DNA from: an uncultured Flavobacteriaceae bacterium
Lineage (GTDB): Bacteria; Bacteroidota; Bacteroidia; Flavobacteriales; Flavobacteriaceae
Direction: 5' to 3'
DNA length: 64,000 nt
NCBI GenBank assembly: GCA_963768245.1
Contig: CAVYHG010000021.1
Span: 34,164-98,163, forward strand
Numbering within the stretch: the stretch's first letter is position 1; each line of letters opens with the position of its first letter. The notes beneath the pieces were generated by a model that was not told the origin of the DNA, did no database searches, and was given only the letters and a program-made list of their open reading frames with translations. Shown piece by piece: positions 61,626-64,000 of this stretch. The translations under genes and the position numbers were made by a program.

Positions 61626-63473
61626 CTACTCTACCGTAACAGATTTTGCTAAGTTACGAGGTTGATCGACATTTTTATTCAACATTACTGCAATGTGGTA
61701 AGATAGTAACTGTAATGGGATAGTCGTCAATAGTGGTGATAGGGATTCCAAGGTTTCTGGAACTTCAATTACATGATCTGCTAATTCCCTTACTATTTTA
61801 TCACCTTTTGTCACAATACCTATGATTTTGCCACTCCTCGATTTTATTTCCTGAATATTGCTTACTATTTTATCATAATGGCCATTATTGGTAGCTATTA
61901 CTACAACAGGCATTTGATCATCTATTAATGCAATAGGACCATGTTTCATTTCTGCAGCAGGATAGCCTTCTGCATGAATATAGGATATTTCTTTTAGTTT
62001 TAGTGCTCCTTCAAGGGCTACTGGAAAATTATAACCTCTACCTAAATATAAGAAGTTAGGAACGTCTTTATAAATTTCTGCAACCATTTTAATGTGTTCG
62101 TCAGATTCTAAGGCTTTAGCTACTTTATCAGGAATCATCTCTAATTCCAGTAAATGATGTCTAAATTCTGAACTGGAGATTGTTCCTTTCGCTCTAGCCA
62201 TCCTTAATGCCATAAGGTACAATACTGTAATCTGTGTTGTAAATGCTTTTGTAGAAGCCACTCCTATTTCCGGTCCTGCATGTGTATAAGCTCCGGCATC
62301 TGCTTCTCTGGCAATTGAAGATCCTACGACATTACAAACTCCAAAAACAAATGCCCCTTTTGATTTGGCTAGTTTTATTGCCGCCAATGTATCGGCAGTT
62401 TCACCTGATTGGGAAATTGCAATTACCACATCATTCTCTGTAATTACCGGATTTCTGTATCTAAACTCTGAAGCATATTCTACTTCTACGGGAATTCGGG
62501 CTAAATCTTCAAAAATATACTCGGCCACTAATCCCGCATGCCAGGATGTACCGCATGCAACTATAATAATGCGATCTGCATTTAGCAATTTTTTCATGTT
62601 ATCCTCGACCCCAGACAATTTTACAATTGCATTTTCTAAAGAGAGTCTACCTCTATACGTGTCTTTAATTGCATCTGGCTGTTCATAGATTTCTTTAAGC
62701 ATGAAATGCTCAAATCCACCTTTTTCTATTTGTTCCAAATTTAATTGAAGTTCCTGCACATAAGGATCTACCAGAGAATCATCATAAATTTTTCGGACTT
62801 CAACTCCTTTATGTCTTCTGATAATAGCCATTTCTTCATCTTCCAAATAAATAGCAGTTTTGGTGTATTCCAAAAACGGAGATGCGTCACTAGCAATAAA
62901 AAATTCATCTTCACCAACCCCAATAGCCAATGGGCTACCTAATCTGGCAACAACTATTTCATCTGGTTTATTCAAATCAAAAACAGCAATTGCATAAGCA
63001 CCCACAACCTGATTTAAAGCTATTTGAACTGCCTGACCTAATTTTACCTTTTCATTTTTCTTAACATCTTCTATTAGGTTTATAAGAACTTCAGTATCTG
63101 TATCTGATTTAAATGTATACCCTCTTTTAATTAATTCTTGCTTTAGAGCATCATAATTTTCTATAATCCCGTTATGAATAATTACTAAATCTCCAGAATT
63201 TGAATAATGCGGATGTGAATTAACATCGTTTGGAATTCCATGAGTTGCCCATCGTGTATGGCCAATACCAACACTTCCATTTGTAGATATTTCCTTTTCT
63301 AATTTGCTTTGCAGATCTGCAACTTTACCTTTGGTTTTGGACAGCTGAATATTAGATCCATCAAAAAGCGCAATTCCTGCACTGTCATAACCTCTGTATT
63401 CCAATCTTTTTAGGCCTTCAAGAATTATAGGGTAGGCCTGTTTATTGCCAATATATCCAACTATTCCACACAT
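61626..63473 (-). CDS. glmS: glutamine--fructose-6-phosphate aminotransferase
   Basis: 615 aa intact. MCGIVGYIG N-terminal nucleophile, two SIS domains, C-terminus ...AKSVTVE. Confidence 0.97.
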   Translation of the reverse strand: MCGIVGYIGNKQAYPIILEGLKRLEYRGYDSAGIALFDGSNIQLSKTKGKVADLQSKLEKEISTNGSVGIGHTRWATHGIPNDVNSHPHYSNSGDLVIIHNGIIENYDALKQELIKRGYTFKSDTDTEVLINLIEDVKKNEKVKLGQAVQIALNQVVGAYAIAVFDLNKPDEIVVARLGSPLAIGVGEDEFFIASDASPFLEYTKTAIYLEDEEMAIIRRHKGVEVRKIYDDSLVDPYVQELQLNLEQIEKGGFEHFMLKEIYEQPDAIKDTYRGRLSLENAIVKLSGVEDNMKKLLNADRIIIVACGTSWHAGLVAEYIFEDLARIPVEVEYASEFRYRNPVITENDVVIAISQSGETADTLAAIKLAKSKGAFVFGVCNVVGSSIAREADAGAYTHAGPEIGVASTKAFTTQITVLYLMALRMARAKGTISSSEFRHHLLELEMIPDKVAKALESDEHIKMVAEIYKDVPNFLYLGRGYNFPVALEGALKLKEISYIHAEGYPAAEMKHGPIALIDDQMPVVVIATNNGHYDKIVSNIQEIKSRSGKIIGIVTKGDKIVRELADHVIEVPETLESLSPLLTTIPLQLLSYHIAVMLNKNVDQPRNLAKSVTVE

Positions 63474-63485
63474 AATATAAGTTCT

Positions 63486-63999
63486 TTAGTTATTTGGTTC
63501 TGTGTAATAAATTTCTAATTTAACTTTTTTATCAATAACTGTAGAATTATTTCCATGTAATACCGTTCCTTTCGGTGAAAGGACTGTTCCCGTTGGTATT
63601 TTCTTTACATTTTCAGATTCCATAACCCCTAATAAATCTGCATTATCAAAAAAATTAACGTTAGATGATAATGTTAACCCAAGTTTAGTATTCGTAGAAT
63701 CCTTCAATAGAATATTACTAATATGTTCTGTAATTCTTATTTTGAACTTTTTGTTGTCTTGAGAATCTGTATATCTTTTTCCTAAATGGCCAATAACTGA
63801 ATTAAAAGGATTTATAGATGATGATACATCTCTAAAATAGTCTATTACAGGAACGTTACTATTTAAATCGTATAAAAATAGTCTATCGTTTTTATGATCA
63901 TCTTCTGTAACTGTCTCATCTTCATAGAATATTAAATTGGCTTCGTTAATTATCCATTCATCTTGATGGGATTTAAATTCTAAAAATTCGGCAGTATCA
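63486..63999 (-). CDS. DUF4270-like protein, C-terminal part (gene runs off the right edge)
   Basis: My translation shows the frame is open from 63999 to the stop at 63486 (…KFKIRITEHISNILLKDSTNTKLGLTLSS…EIYYTEPNN). The track only lists the part after an internal start. The family call comes from the conserved position upstream of glmS and from memory. Confidence 0.45.
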   Translation of the reverse strand, partial: DTAEFLEFKSHQDEWIINEANLIFYEDETVTEDDHKNDRLFLYDLNSNVPVIDYFRDVSSSINPFNSVIGHLGKRYTDSQDNKKFKIRITEHISNILLKDSTNTKLGLTLSSNVNFFDNADLLGVMESENVKKIPTGTVLSPKGTVLHGNNSTVIDKKVKLEIYYTEPNN

Positions 64000-64000
64000 A

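Overview
This is a visibly AT-rich chromosomal segment that reads as a Flavobacteriia-class Bacteroidota genome. The evidence is gldD/gldE next to ssb-mutY, a T9SS C-terminal sorting domain, four TonB-dependent receptors, the DUF3098/DUF4199/DUF4270/DUF4301 families and TAnnTTTG-type promoter boxes. I can support about 65 protein-coding loci, one TPP riboswitch, about ten terminator hairpins and one 30-codon basic micro-ORF missing from the ORF track. I saw no rRNA, tRNA, CRISPR array, transposase, integrase, phage gene or recognisable defence gene, so this is core DNA with a few small accessory cassettes. Left to right: ald (partial), leuS, EamA, ftsX, DUF3098, glxK/gntP, uppP, truB, tag, two tandem PPK2, aat, DUF3127, flavin reductase, histidine kinase, HIT, greA, riboswitch-controlled TonB receptor, arfB, DUF4301, RNK-only NadR homologue, pnuC, GGGP synthase, PPTase, ahcY, rpmA-rplU, two DUF4199, two M16 peptidases, HMA protein, gldD, gldE, ssb, mutY, HU, rne/rng, a T9SS cargo gene, recX, JmjC-cupin, alpha/beta hydrolase, DUF2975 x2 + HTH, TonB receptor, MFS sugar transporter, glpR-glpD-glpK-glpF, atpDC, SGNH lipoprotein + TonB receptor, glmS, DUF4270 (partial). 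The dominant anomaly is that roughly half of the genes are interrupted by 1-bp indels, in patches. These include essential single-copy genes (leuS, rpmA, ssb, rne, uppP, ahcY). I read this as consensus/assembly error rather than biology, and every 'pseudogene' call below carries that caveat. I did not find a convincing wholly novel system. The best follow-up candidates are: (1) the very compact 7-gene array PPTase-GGGPS-small protein-pnuC-RNK-DUF4301-arfB followed by a TPP-riboswitch TonB receptor; (2) the unlisted bS22-like micro-ORF between HU and rne; (3) L21 with a 130-aa HhH-type extension; (4) a DUF3127 OB-fold protein carrying an SSB-like DDLPF tip; (5) the DUF2975 x2 + HTH cassette with repeated operator-like boxes; (6) a terminator hairpin inside the greA leader. 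All coordinates of frame-broken genes are my manual reconstructions and may be off by a few bases.
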